This document shows, piece after piece, positions 30,801 to 44,819 of a DNA stretch of 44,819 bases. The stretch covers positions 35,387 to 80,205 of the forward strand of contig BLSG01000149.1 of NCBI GenBank assembly GCA_012862495.1. The letters run 5' to 3'. How positions within the stretch are numbered: position 1 is the stretch's first letter; every line of letters starts with the position of its first letter. The stretch is from Thraustochytrium aureum (taxonomy: Eukaryota). The notes beneath the pieces are model-generated. The model saw only the letters and a program-made list of their open reading frames with translations. It had not been told where the DNA came from and made no database searches. Made by a program: the position numbers and the translations under genes.

Positions 30801-33530
30801 GCAAGCTTTTCCTTGGTGTCCTCTTCAGTCTTGAGCTTGTCGTCCTGGATCGAGTACGACGACGCGTCCGTGATGTCTTTGCCTTCCGGAATGCTGGCCT
30901 CAAAGGCCTCGTCGTGCACCGATCCCGCGACGGCGCTTGCGACAGTCTCAAAGTTCAGAGCGACCGACTTTGCCTCGTCCAGGGCCTCGGGCACGCGTCG
31001 CACTATGCCGGCAGCTGCAGCAATAGCAGCGAGCGGATTCGCGTCGGAAGGTTCTCCAGAGCGTCGCGTAGGCGAGGCCGGCCCTCCCGCGGCAGCCGCC
31101 GCAAGGACCGCGGTCGGGTCTGTGTTCCGGGCCTTCTTGGCCTTGATGCGCTGCGATGGCTTGTCCATGAGGTCCTTGCATGCCATTTCGAGCTTGTCTG
31201 GCTGAAGGCGCTGCACGACAAGGACGCCATCTTTGCCGGAGCTGAGCAAGAACCTGTCGTCAAAGCTAGTGCAAACACCTGAGATCGCACCGCCCGTTCC
31301 GTCGTGCACTGCAGAAAACGCGTAGCACTGCGGAGCGCTGGAAGGCCGAATCCGCAAAATTCCGTCGCGAGACCCAGAAAGGATAAAGCGGCCGGTCCAG
31401 GACCGGTCAAGCGTCGTGCAGGGGCTGCAGACTGTTGAGCCGGGCACAAACGAGACGGATCCCGGACCTTGGTCTTCGTCCTCGTCGTTCATGCCGTCAT
31501 CGAAACCCGTGTTGGCAAGGGTCTCTAGCGGTGTCTCCGAGTCGAACGTGCACACATACAGCGGGCCTGCGTCTGGGCCGTCCAGCGCAAGCGCAAACTT
31601 GGATCCCGTGTCGTCGAGAATGAGCACGTCTAGCGCGCTGCCGACCGGGAGCGCTGCGATCCGGTCCCGCTCGGCCAAGGCGAGCTCGTAGGCTTCCTGA
31701 TCTTCTTTGGATGGCCCTGTCGGGGCCTCCTCTGCCTCGCCGTCGACTATCTTGGGCGGCGGGGCCTGCGGCTTTGGCACCTTTTTAAGTTTGCGCTTGA
31801 AGGCGAACGAGCGGGTCGGCAGGCCCCTTAGCTCGAAGGAATGCCGCGTGTCCGGGAAGGTGATGTCGTTCGACTCGTGCGGGAGAGAGACTTGGAGCAC
31901 CGCGCCAGAGCCGCAGGCAATGAGGATCTTGTCCCCGCGTGGAGCCCAGCGCACGCGATTTACGCGGTTGCCAGCGCCTTCCGTGGCCTGGATAAATCCA
32001 ATGGGCTTGTAGCTGAAAGTACCGCCCCTTTCTGCGACCAGGTCGAAGAGGAAGACCGTGCCGTCCTCGCCGGCTGTTGCGAGGCGGTCACACGCGCGGG
32101 AAAAGGCAAGGCTAGTCACGGCGCAGTTGTGCGGCTTGAACGCCGAGACGAGCTTGAACGCGGTCTTGGTGCGAAGCAGGACACGGACAGTCCCGTCTTG
32201 AAAGCCGACAAGAACGGTGCGTCCTCGCAGGTCGACCTTGGTCGGGGCCCAGACCGCCGACGATGCAGGGGCGGCAAAAGAGCTCCGGTACACCTCCGTC
32301 CGAGCAGCATAGTCCCACAAGCGAACGGTTGCATCGGATCCAGCGGTCACAGCGAAGTGGTCCGTCGGCGACACAGCGAGCCCGGCGATCGGCCCGGCGT
32401 GCCCAGCAACGACGACCTGGCGCTCCGACGTGGACAGCACGGGGTCATCGAGGCGGTAAATGGCGCCGCCAGCGTCTTGCAGGATTATGTAGCCCTCTCC
32501 AACACGGATAGCTGAGGGGACAATGCCCTCGAGCTGGACTTGGCGCGAGGGGGCTAGTTCGATGAAGGGGTTTTCGTCGTCGGTCTCCGCCATGTCGATC
32601 TTCTCCATGGACCACCAGCGCAGAAAGCCGTCTCGGCCAGCCGTGAGAAACTCGGCCACTGCGGGGCGATCGGCGTTTAGGAGCTGGCACACTGTAATCT
32701 CTCCGTCATGGGGCAAATCGCCCCCCGGGCGGCGCAGCTCGAGCTTGATAAAGTTGCCATCCCAAAGCAGCAGCGAGCCGGACTCCGAGCCGCTGAGCAC
32801 CTTGCCGTCCGGCATTTCGGCGTACGCGGCGACGTCGCTGAGCTCGACTTTGCCAAACTTGCCGATGTCGCCCTGGAGCTTGAGCCCCGTGAACGTGTTT
32901 GCCATTTTCCAGAAGCGGATGTGGCCGAGCCCGCTCGTTGTGAGCACGCCGTCGTTTGCGGGGGCGAAGGACACGTTATAGACCTCTTGGGCGAATGCCT
33001 TGTTGCGCAGAATGATTTTCTCCTCGGTCCAGTCCCATACCGTGAGCAGAAAATCTGGCGAGCCTCCCACTGTGGCGAGCTTCGTACCCTCAGAGCTGAA
33101 TGCGAGGCAAGCATAGGAGCGCTCTGTGCCATTCCGCAGCACGCGGTGCAGCCGGCGGCCCGGGAAAGTGTAGATGTACACATTCGGCTTGTTACCCTTG
33201 CCGCCGAGCGCAAAGTACTTTCGGCTTGGGTGCACGCAGCATGCGCCGACGCCTTGCTCATCTGGCGAGTACAAAAACTCGGTTTGCTTGGTCTCCGTGT
33301 TGATGATAGCCGCCGCCGCCCCGACCGTGGTTAGCACCATTCCGTCTCGGAGAATGTGTACGTTGTTTCGCTTGCTCGCAGCAAACCCAAACGCGTGGTG
33401 CACGGCCATGGCCTCGGCGGCCTCCACCTCGCACGGCTCCCGCATTTGCACCTTGATTCTTTCCTCCGGGTCGCCCAACGTGCGCGCCGCATCGGCTTGA
33501 AGCTCTTCATCCCAGCCCGCCGTCCGCCAT
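27833..33530 (-). CDS. CFAP44: Cilia- and flagella-associated protein 44 (WDR52): WD40 repeats plus coiled coil. Start uncertain (ATG at 33530 needs a 1-nt correction; in-frame ATG at 33445)
   Basis: Motifs 'ILRNKAFAQEVYNVSF', 'GHIRFWKMANTFTGLKLQGDIGKFGK', 'MPDGKVLSGSESGSLLLW', 'MGDYKLKSAEDY', 'LLKIFKRKIKR' and 'QMLKFGQLIDLD'. Confidence 0.93.
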
Positions 33531-34196
33531 CTCGGCGTGCTGCTGCTCCAAGGTCAGGCCTGGCCTCCAGCCGCACAGCGCGGCCACGAAGCTGACTGCT
33601 CTGCGCGAGCCTGCACGGGCGGGCGAGCAGGCAGGCAAGCACGATGGCGCGCCTGGCTGGCTCACCAGTGCGGCAGAATGCACGTAGCAGACCGGGTGAG
33701 CTCGCGCTTGCCTGGTACGCTCGTGCGCGCGAAGGGACGGCCCGCTTGCGGTGCGCGCGTCCACGCAAGGCAAGTGCGCTCGACGGACGGACGACCTGTT
33801 GCGAGTCTACGGCGGCTGCGCAGCGGCTCGATCGGCGGCGTTTCCAACGCACCGCACCGCGTTCGAGGGAAAGTGCTCTCGCGCCTCACAATGCGCCCTT
33901 TTCGCTCTCGCCTGCCTGTGAGGGCTCGGGAGCATTTGTCTCACAACAGCCGCGCAACGGCTCGAACGGATAGGTTTAAGGACGCGATGTTTCATTTAAA
34001 GTTAAGGCGCTTGCGGTCGGTCGTAGACTCGTAGCGCTTGGGGCTTTGGATGCGGGACCGCGGGCGGGAGCTGACTGACCTGCGCGGCGACGGGTGGAGC
34101 GAATGAATACCGTGGTGAGATCGTTCGTGCGGTTTTCTCTCTACCAAGTCTCGCGAGGCAGAGGCAGAGGGAGCTGGCTCGGCGCAGGCTCGCGAG

Positions 34197-36229
<2,033 letters not shown>

Positions 36230-36737
36230 CTACTCGCCTTCGTTAGGAAGGAAGCATCAGGCAAGAATCGCCTGCTCACGCGCCGCGCTGATGATCGATC
36301 CACGATGCTCGATCATTACCGCGCGCAGGCTCGCATTGTGCTCGGGCAGACCCGTCGACGTTGGAGGCTGGCCCCGAGGCCCGCATGCTCGCGCTGGTGA
36401 TCAGCTCAGGTGGAGAGTCCACGAGCATCTGGCGAGGACTCGCTCGCGAGCACTCGGTCTCTAGAGCTAGCTCTAGCTTGAGTAATGGTGACACCAGCCA
36501 GCAGCAGCAGCAGGAGCAGAGCGCAAGTGGCAGCTGCGGGAGCTCGCCAGAGCGCTTTCATTCACTCGTTCACTCATTCATGCTCAGTCAGTCATCGCCG
36601 GCAATGATGATCAAGACGGCTGGCTCATCAATCAACGAGCGCGAGCACGAAACGAGCACGAGCATCGTCGAGCAACCGTCGTGCTGAGCAGCTCGTTGTT
36701 CAACGGTTGCGCAGAGCCGTTGCACAACCTCCTGCGA

Positions 36738-36812
36738 TTGATCGATCCATCGATCGATCGAGCGAGCGAGCGAGCGAGCGCGCGATTGACTGATCGAGCG
36801 AGCGCGCGAGCG
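36738..36812. repeat. Compound (GATC)n/(GAGC)n microsatellite
   Basis: Directly visible. Confidence 0.8.
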
Positions 36813-36962
36813 ATTGGTTGATGCTCCTGCCGATCGAGCGGGGGCCATCATCGAGGTCAACGCCACTGAAGTTGCTGAGGAAACGGCTGGCACTGTCGCT
36901 GGCACTGCGCGAGACGCGCTGCACGAAGCGACGGACTGCTGGCTGGGCGACGCCAGGCGGAA

Positions 36963-38641
36963 ATGCTGCTGAGCAATAAGGAGAGGAAGTACTGGGAGTG
37001 GGCGCTGCCGAACCCGCCAGTGGACCGCAGGTTCGATGAGATGAGCAGCTCGGACGTCGTGCAAGCACTGCAGGACAGGGCGCGACGGCTGTACTGCAAG
37101 GACAACAATAACAACAACAACAACAACGCTCTTGACGACGCAAGTCTAAGCGCGCACGCCGGTCTCGCCTACTCGGCTTCCGAAGAGAGCGAGCTATGGT
37201 CGACAATAGGGCAGCTCGTACGACAGCTTCAAGCCTCCCGGGTCGTGGTCAGACGACTGGCAATGTCGCAGCCAAAGTCCATGATGCAGCCCGAACGACA
37301 GTCGCGCCACGAGCACCAGCATCGGCAGGCCCACCCAGCTCGGCACAACATCAAGCCAGCCGCCGTCGACCCGCAGGCCTACGCGCCAGACCACGCGGAC
37401 GCGCCCCGGGAGCGTACAAACCCGACTTTCGCCGCGAAGCCGACGACTCCGCTCGTCGCGCCGCCGTCGCCGATTCGAGTCAAACCGCGGGCGCAGTTCT
37501 GCGCCAACGACATCGGTGCGACGCTAGACGCAATGCGCCGCCACGGCAGCAATGCGCGCGTGCAGGAGCAGGGGTGCCGCGCCATCGTGGAGCTCATCAA
37601 ACAAGGCAAGCGAGCGCGCGCAGCGGCGAGCCGCGGCCCCCAGCCGGGGAGCTGGCCCTGCTCGGCGTGCAAATTCAGGAACGAGAAGAAGGAACACTTT
37701 TGTTGCATCTGCTCACTGCCAAAGCCAAAACACATCGCCGCCTCCGCACTCGTTGCAGAGAGCCCCCGCGCCGCCGTCGCCCCAGAAAACCACGAAGTGA
37801 GCGAGATCGAGCGGCGCGGCGGGGTCGCGTTGGTCGTCGACGCGATGCGCCGCTTTCCCAACGACCCGCGGGTGCTCCGGGCTGGAGCATTCGCACTTGC
37901 GCAACTCGTGCACGAGCAAGCCGAGCTGGTGGAGCGAATCTCTGCGTCGGGCGGCATCAGAGAGATCCTCCACACGATGACCGAGCTCAGCGACGATACA
38001 GAGCTGCAAACGCAGTGCCTCGGAGTCCTCGCTTCCCCGGCTTTGGCAAACGAGCGCGTCGTTCGCGTCGAGGCCGACGAATTCGCGCGCGTCGCTTGCC
38101 TCGCGATGCGGCTCAACGGCGGGTCCCCCAGGCTCATGGCGCTCGGCTGCTTGGCGCTCGCCAACTTGGCGCTAAAGTCGGACCGCGTCGCGCGACTCTT
38201 GGTGCAGGACCCGGACTACCAGTCCCATCGCCTTATTGTCGAGTCGCTGCGGCGCCCCGAGCACAAGNNNNNNNNNNNNNNNNNNNNNNNNNNNNNNNNN
38301 NNNNNNNNNNNNNNNNNNNNNNNNNNNNNNNNNNNNNNNNNNNNNNNNNNNNNNNNNNNNNNNNNNNNNNNNNNNNNNNNNNNNNNNNNNNNNNNNNNNN
38401 NNNNNNNNNNNNNNNNNNNNNNNNNNNNNNNNNNNNNNNNNNNNNNNNNNNNNNNNNNNNNNNNNNNNNNNNNNNNNNNNNNNNNNNNNNNNNNNNNNNN
38501 NNNNNNNNNNNNNNNNNNNNNNNNNNNNNNNNNNNNNNNNNNNNNNNNNNNNNNNNNNNNTTTGAGGGAGACGGCGATGGCGGGAGCGGGGGCGCCGGGC
38601 CCGCCGCTGGGGCAGATGCAGATGGCTGCGTGCTCCAGTAG
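36963..38641 (+). CDS. Armadillo-repeat protein with a RanBP2-type zinc finger; spans a gap; probable C-terminal CaaX
   Basis: Zinc finger 'WPCSACKFRNEKKEHFCCICSLPK'. ARM-like units 'LDAMRRHGSNARVQEQGCRAI', 'GGVALVVDAMRRFPNDPRV' and 'ALGCLALANLA'. One post-gap frame ends GCVLQ* at 38641. Start and end are uncertain. Confidence 0.72.
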
Positions 38642-38704
38642 CGCCCTAAATGCGCCACGTGCGGCTGCACGGCACCCAAGGCTCGCCCGGCGCGGCGGGC
38701 TGGC

Positions 38705-40772
38705 CTAAGTCTCGAACAGCCCGGGGCCCGATACAGCCTGTGTCGTGGGCTCCGCGCACACGGCTGCTGCGGGAGGCTCGGGGGAGTGCGCGTACAGCGC
38801 ATCGTGCAAAAGCTTGGCGTAGTAGGACATGCCCCGAATGCCTCCGTTTAGGTGCTGCATCTTGAAAAGGATTGCTTCCTTGGCCGACGGGTCGCACAGC
38901 GCGTCGAGCTTGTTGAATATTGCCTCGAGCTGGCCGCGGTCACGCAAGACGTCGACGAGGGTAAGCGCTGGAATGTACTGGATGCTCTCGCGCACCTCGG
39001 TGTAGATCACGATCTTCCCTTCAAAGGTGACGTAAATAAAGCACGGGACTGTCTTGCCTGCCTCGGCCGAATACATGCCAGCAAGAAAGCCCTGGACCCT
39101 GCCCTCGAACTGGAACCTCACAACGTTGCTCATCATGTCGTAGATGCAAGTCAGCCCGTCCCATGCACATGTGACAACCTCTTCGTCCCCGTCCCCGTTC
39201 ACGTCTAGCCTCTGCAGCGCAAACAGCTGGCGTGCTTGGTGCTCTTGCCAGGCTAAAGCATTGTACAGGACCTCGCCGTTGTGGTCCTCCTCGAGGTAAA
39301 AGACGCGCTCAAGCCTAACCCTGCCGCCAAAGCAAAGCGCAACGAGCCCCGCCTTCGACGCCTCGCCGCTCTCTGTCGCGGCTCCCACGCCGTGCCGCTC
39401 GCCGGCGCCCCCCCCTCTACGGAGTGGAACGAATTGGGCCGGTCAAATCGTCTTGCGCCATTCTCGTCTTCCTCGAACCTCGGCGACACTGCGCCGTCTG
39501 ACTGGGCGGATGGGCTGTGCAACTCTCGGCGCCCCGCAGGCTCGAGGCCGAGCCCCGAAGGTCGACTTGTGAAACTTTTGCCTTCCTCGCCGTCGCCCAA
39601 CTCGCTCTCGGCCGCGCGGTCGCCGTCCGCGTACCCTCGCGAGTGCTCTTCGTCTGAGACTTGGACGTTGCCTAGAACAAAAGTTGGTCTGTCGACGAGA
39701 ACCTCAGAGTCGTCCGTGCCAAAGCCGAGCCCGTCTTGGCCGAGCACGCCGCTTGCGCGGTCGAGTCTTGGCGAGGACGTCGACTCGCTTCGCATGTTGC
39801 GCTCAAAGTCGTTTGAGAGGTGGTGCTGCGAAACGGTGCCGTCCATCTCAATGGACGCAAACCCGCCGAACTGCAAACCAGCAAGGAGGACCTGCGATGT
39901 GTCCACGGCGGTTGCGGAAAGGCTCACAACGGCCCCGGGCACGATCCACTCGGCGATAGGCACCAGCTGTCCATTCGGCTGGAGGCCCAAGGCGCTCACT
40001 TTGCTCTCGCTCAGCGCGCCGCCGTCGTGGGAGGCGACCACGAGCTCGACCTCGCCGAGGCCTCCAAGTGAAACAAGTATTGCGCTTACAGCATTCCAGG
40101 GGATCTCCAGCGTTGCGATGCAGTGCAGGGCCAGCGCGACCTTTGGAGACGGGGGGGAGGCGTCCCTGGACGCGGCAGTGGGGTCGGCGCTAGAGGCCGC
40201 TTGCTTGGAGGCGACATCCGCAGAGCCATCTTTGTTGCCTTGCTCACCAGTTTGAGTGGGGAGGGTCGCCGCTCCAGCACTTGGATACCGAGGGTCGACC
40301 TGGTCAAGTCCTCCGCCAGGTGAGCCATGGGTGGAACCCTCCACGTCTTGCGCCACCTCGTCCTGGGTTGCAGGCTGCGCTGCCGTGGGCGACGGCGGGG
40401 CGGCCCCAGCGACTTCAAAAACGTGGCACATACCTTCTGAGGACAGCGCGACTACACAGTTGCGCCCAATGCGCAGAAGGTCGCCGACGAGCACAGCTAC
40501 AAGCGACCCGAGCTTTGTCGCCACCGCTACGACTGCGTCGCGCTTGTACCTGGTCCCAAAACCCGTCAGTGTCTCCCTGGGGCAGCAGAAAATGCGCGCC
40601 ATGCGTTTGTGCAAGCCACTTACACCTGTAGCTCTCCGTCTGTTGTTCCCAGCACCAGCTCAACCTCGCCGTCGCCGTCCACATCCCCAAGAGCTAGAGC
40701 CCCTTGCACAACATGGCCGCTGAACGGGAGCTCGATCCGCTTCACCAAGCTGACCTGCCTCGCCGAGTCCAT
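38705..40772 (-). CDS. ITFG2: ITFG2 (KICSTOR subunit, FG-GAP repeats); intron 40623-40550, 1-nt frameshift at 39408-39415
   Basis: The N-terminus 'RQVSLVKRIELPFSGHVVQGALALGDVDGDGEVELVLGTTDGELQVYK' and the C-terminal 'QLFALQRLDVNGDGDEEVVTCAWDGLTCI..VVRFQFEGRVQGFLAGMY..PCFIYVTF' match the ITFG2 pattern. Confidence 0.87.
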
Positions 40773-41129
40773 TCGCCAGCACCAGTTCGGAGAGCGGCGT
40801 TGTCGCCAAGCACATCCAAGCCAAACAGCGCGAGCCAACCTCGAACCGGGTCCCAACCACCAGCACGCCGCCCAGCGAAGCCAGCACGTCGAGGCGCGAG
40901 TTTCGTCTCGCGTCGCCTCGTCGCCTCGTATCCGCCACCAGCGAACCAAAGCCAAGTCGATGGTATCCAAGCCCAACCGCGCCAGCCAACCACGTGCCAG
41001 ATCCCAACCACCGCGAGCCCCAGCAGCGCTCGTTCGCTCCACCGCCTTCGCGTTCAGCAGCTCGCCGCGTTGCGGATCTGCCGGGCGCCGCAGCAGCAGA
41101 CCTCCAACACACCGCTCAGCCAACACGAC

Positions 41130-41820
41130 AGCGCCCACGGGCACCAACAACACCGCCAGCAGCACCAGCAGCACCACCAGCACCACCAGCACCAGCAGAT
41201 CCTCAACACGAGAAGGACCAGGGTCCTCGGCGCCGCAAAGGAGCAGCAGCAGGCGCAGCAGCAGCAGGCGCAGCAGCAGCAGCAGCAGGCGCAGCTGGCG
41301 TAGCAGGAGAAGGAGATCTTCAACGCAGCGCAGGAGCACAAGGAGATCTTCGACGCAGCGCAGATCCTCGACGCCGTGCAAGAGCAGCAGAAGGTCCTCG
41401 ACGCCGTACTGCAGCAGGAGGCGCAGCAGCAGCTGGNNNNNNNNNNNNNNNNNNNNNNNNNNNNNNNNNNNNNNNNNNNNNNNNNNNNNNNNNNNNNNNN
41501 NNNNNNNNNNNNNNNNNNNNNNNNNNNNNNNNNNNNNNNNNNNNNNNNNNNNNNNNNNNNNNNNNNNNNNNNNNNNNNNNNNNNNNNNNNNNNNNNNNNN
41601 NNNNNNNNNNNNNNNNNNNNNNNNNNNNNNNNNNNNNNNNNNNNNNNNNNNNNNAGGCGCAGCAGCAGCAGCAGGAGGCGCAGCAGCAGCAGCAGCAGCA
41701 GCAGAAGAAGAGGAAGAGGAAGAGGAAGGTCCTCAACCGCGTACAGGAGCAGCAGCAGTACTAGATTCTTCGACAGCAGCTGCAGCAGCAGCAGCAGCAA
41801 CTGCAGCAGCAGCAGCAACG
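41130..41820. repeat. CAG/CAC-rich degenerate repeat region spanning a gap
   Basis: Runs of CAG interspersed with a recurrent AG(A/G)TC(C/T)TC(A/G)AC unit. Confidence 0.8.
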
Positions 41821-41876
41821 GCAGAGCCCGAAGAGCGCAGCAAGACCCGATAACGCTCAGGCGCGTGGCGAGGACG

Positions 41877-44596
41877 ATGCTGGCCCTGCTGGCGGCGCGC
41901 GCAGGCGCGGGAAGGTCGGTGGCCAGGCTCGGGCTGCGGAGACAGGCGCGACGGCTGTGCAACGGCGGCGCCGCGGCCAAGGAGCAGGAGATGCTTGCGA
42001 GACAGCGCGCGAGGGAGGTGCGGGAGGTGTTCAACAGGTGGAGGAGGGAGCATACCGTGTTCTTGGTGAGCTCGGGCGTGCTGATGGGCGCTGGCATTTT
42101 CGGAGCCGCGCTGTATCTTTACCTGGACAGGAACCCGAGCGCAATCGAGTTTTTCGTGGTGGAGCGCGCGGTGCGCGCCTTCGACAGCTCGCTGTCGTTC
42201 GATTCGAAGAAGAAGGTGTTTTTGGGCCTGCCAGAGCCCAACCTGCCCGACTTTGAAGGCGTCTTCATGAAGGCGATGGAAGAGTTTGTGGCGAGCGCGG
42301 CCGACGCAAAGCAAGGCGCGCCGCAGGCGCCCGGGTTTAGCGCAGACATGATCTTGACCGCGTGGGCGGAGCAAGTCGAGGCCGCCCTGAGCAAGGCCGA
42401 GACGACCTGGTTGCTGGCCGCCAAGATTCTCATGCGGAAGAAGCTCGAGGAGGAAATCCGGCGCTTTCCCGTGCTCGACGACCGCTTGCGCGCCCTGTGG
42501 GACATTTACCCCCCTTCCGTGGAGCGCAACCTGGCAGTATCGGAGCAGATCGACGCCCACATGAAGGCGGGCGGCCTCGTGCCAGGATCAAAGATGGAGA
42601 AGCTGCGCCCGCAGAGCCCAGAGTACAGTTGCGACTTTGGGACCGCAGTGCTGATCCACGCGATCGCCTTCTTCCCGGGCCCCATCAACAAGCTGATCCA
42701 CTTTTTGGACAGCCCTGCGCCAGAGTCAGACAACGGGATCTGGGACGTAGTGGCTGAGATCGTGCAGGACCTCAACGAGGCGGTCGCAGAGGCGGACGCG
42801 CACGCTCCTCCCGAGGCCGCGTTTCGTCGGCGCAGCAGCAGGCGAATCCTGGAGAGCACCGGGCTGGTGCGATCTGCTTTGGAGAAAACGATGGCCCTCA
42901 TGAAGCGCCAGTACGACTCGCTTCCGCCGGGCGTCAAGGCCTTTGTCCTTACCAGCGCCCTGCGGACCACCATCATCAACTTGCCAACGCTCCCGCGCGT
43001 CGGGGGCGTGCGCCCTTACGACTTGTACGTGCGCGCGATCGAGAACGNNNNNNNNNNNNNNNNNNNNNNNNNNNNNNNNNNNNNNNNNNNNNNNNNNNNN
43101 NNNNNNNNNNNNNNNNNNNNNNNNNNNNNNNNNNNNNNNNNNNNNNNNNNNNNNNNNNNNNNNNNNNNNNNNNNNNNNNNNNNNNNNNNNNNNNNNNNNN
43201 NNNNNNNNNNNNNNNNNNNNNNNNNNNNNNNNNNNNNNNNNNNNNNNNNNNNNNNNNNNNCCCACGCGTGCCCGCGGACTACCAGGCGATGCTCGGGTCG
43301 CTGCGGGACGACAACGAGCCGATGTCTGCCACGTTGTACTGGTGGCAAATCCCTAGCGCAGTGCGGAGCAACATCTCCCACCTCGGGCCCTGCCTCGGTA
43401 CGGGCTCTGTAAAGCAGGCCAACGTCGCAATCTGGGAGGACGGCTCACGCCGCGCTGTCGTCGTGCTCCGGGACCAGGTCGAGGACGAGGCGCTGTCGAG
43501 CATCAGCGCGCTCGAGACCTCGAACGAGCTGGGCCCAGTGGCGACCCGGCTGGGCCGGCTGGTCTACGGCGAGTTTAACCTTTTCGGCGAGGGGGAGGTC
43601 TTGCTTGAGTTCGCCCGAACCCAGATCGGCATGCACCCGCTTTTTCACGTCGTGGGGGTGCGCCACCACTCGCCAAAGTGCCTCGTGGAGGAGATCGCCA
43701 AAGGCGAGTCGGTAGCCGCGGCGCTGGAGCGGACGGTGACCACGCCGGAGGAGGAGGCCGACCGCAAGCGGGCCATCGAGATCCTCGTCGAGTACCACAA
43801 GGTGGTCATGAGCGCGTTCATCCAGGACGGGGTCATTCACTCTGACGTGCACCTCGGAAATGCCAATTACGTCTCGCCGCTGACGCTGGCGCGCAAGGCC
43901 TCTGACAGGGCCAGGTTGGCCTCGCAGGCAGGCCCTGTTGCCGCGTCGATTTCAGGTGCAGGCCCTGATGCTTTGTCGGTTTCTATGGGCCCCGGCACTT
44001 CGGAGGTCCCGAACGAGCCGTCCGAGCCTTCCCCAGCCCCGCCGCCGGCAAACTCAGCAGGCACTGGCGCGCAAGAGGAGAGCGCCCTCCGCCACCTTGG
44101 CAAGGCCGAGTTTGTCCTGTTCGACGTCGGCCAGTTCGACCGGATCGGGCTCCCTGACACGAAGGCGCTGCTTTGGACGCTCGCCTCGCTGTCTACGAAT
44201 GAACATAGGGTGACGCTGAAGAACGTGGCCATCGCGCACCTGGCGTCAACCGCCAATCTCAAGGAGAAGGCAGACCTCACGGAGGCGCAGCAGCGCAAAG
44301 AGCTCAAAGAGCGCCTGGCCGTGGCTTATGGCGAGGCCATTGCGCCGAATGCGGACGGCGAGACGCCGGACAAGCGCACCGCGTACATGCTCTTCCTCCG
44401 CGCTGCTGAGGCCCACGGCGTCGACATGCCCAAAGGCGCCTTCTCGGTAGCAAAGATGATCGATGGCATCGTGTCGCAGCAGGAGAGGTACGACTTGCCG
44501 CTTGTCGTGGACGAGTCGATCGAGCGGTTCCTCCGCTCGCACATGACGTGGGGCGAGCTCGCCGACATCGGGGCGCGGCAACTTAAAATCAGGTAG
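41877..44596 (+). CDS. Divergent ABC1/UbiB (ADCK) atypical kinase-like protein, probably mitochondrial; spans the gap at 43048-43260
   Basis: Arg-rich presequence-like N-terminus and one TM segment. Kinase-like motifs 'GPCLGTGSVKQANVA', 'GEFNLFGEG', 'FIQDGVIHSDVHLGN' and 'FVLFDVGQ'. Joining the two ORFs across the gap is inferred. Confidence 0.72.
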
Positions 44597-44819
44597 GAGA
44601 GCGAACTTAGTCAAAGTCATCTAGTTGTTGGTTCCGCCGGCCGTCTGTGAAGAGCTTGGCCCGGGGCGGCGGCGCTCGGCCGGCAGACCAGGTGCGCCCT
44701 TCGCCACCAGTCCGGCGTCGCGGCCGGCCGAGAACTTCTGAAAGCGAAAGGCGGCGACGGCGGCGAGCGCGCGATCCCACGGGGGGCAGCGCGGGCCAGT
44801 CGCGCCCGCGCTGCTCCAC

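Noticed and set aside
41301..41764. TAG reassigned to Gln (alternative genetic code)
   Set aside because: TAG is used as a normal stop by several genes here (ACAD, SulP, DRC4, RUVBL2, ITFG2), and no conserved gene has an internal TAG.

Overview
GC-rich, gene-dense eukaryotic genomic DNA from a draft assembly with seven N-gaps. The short GT-AG spliceosomal introns (73-121 nt, CTGAC/CTAAC branch sites), tetranucleotide microsatellites and axonemal genes point to a flagellated protist; a stramenopile or thraustochytrid-like origin is an impression, not proven. About 18 protein-coding genes are supported, in order: a multi-pass membrane protein, a sphingomyelin/IPC-synthase-like protein with a C-terminal FHA-like domain, MsrA, a gamma-carbonic-anhydrase-like protein, a Pol-beta-type nucleotidyltransferase, an acyl-CoA dehydrogenase, a 3R-MYB, a very large SLC26/SulP-STAS-cNMP-EF-hand protein, an ICT1/ArfB-type peptidyl-tRNA hydrolase, DRC4/GAS8, a hypothetical protein, a GH30 glucosylceramidase, a membrane-anchored N-formylglutamate-amidohydrolase-like protein, CFAP44, RuvBL2, an ARM/RanBP2-zinc-finger protein, ITFG2 and a divergent ABC1/UbiB kinase-like protein. 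No rRNA, tRNA, CRISPR array or transposon was recognised. The main points of interest are unusual domain fusions (SMS+FHA; SulP with three cNMP-like domains and EF-hands; ARM+ZnF+CaaX), three neighbouring genes ending in PTS1-like tripeptides, a mammalian-like dual-start MsrA N-terminus, and a UbiB-like protein lacking the catalytic lysine. Several single-base frameshifts at G-runs look like sequencing errors. All family calls come from recognising motifs by eye; no database searches were run.
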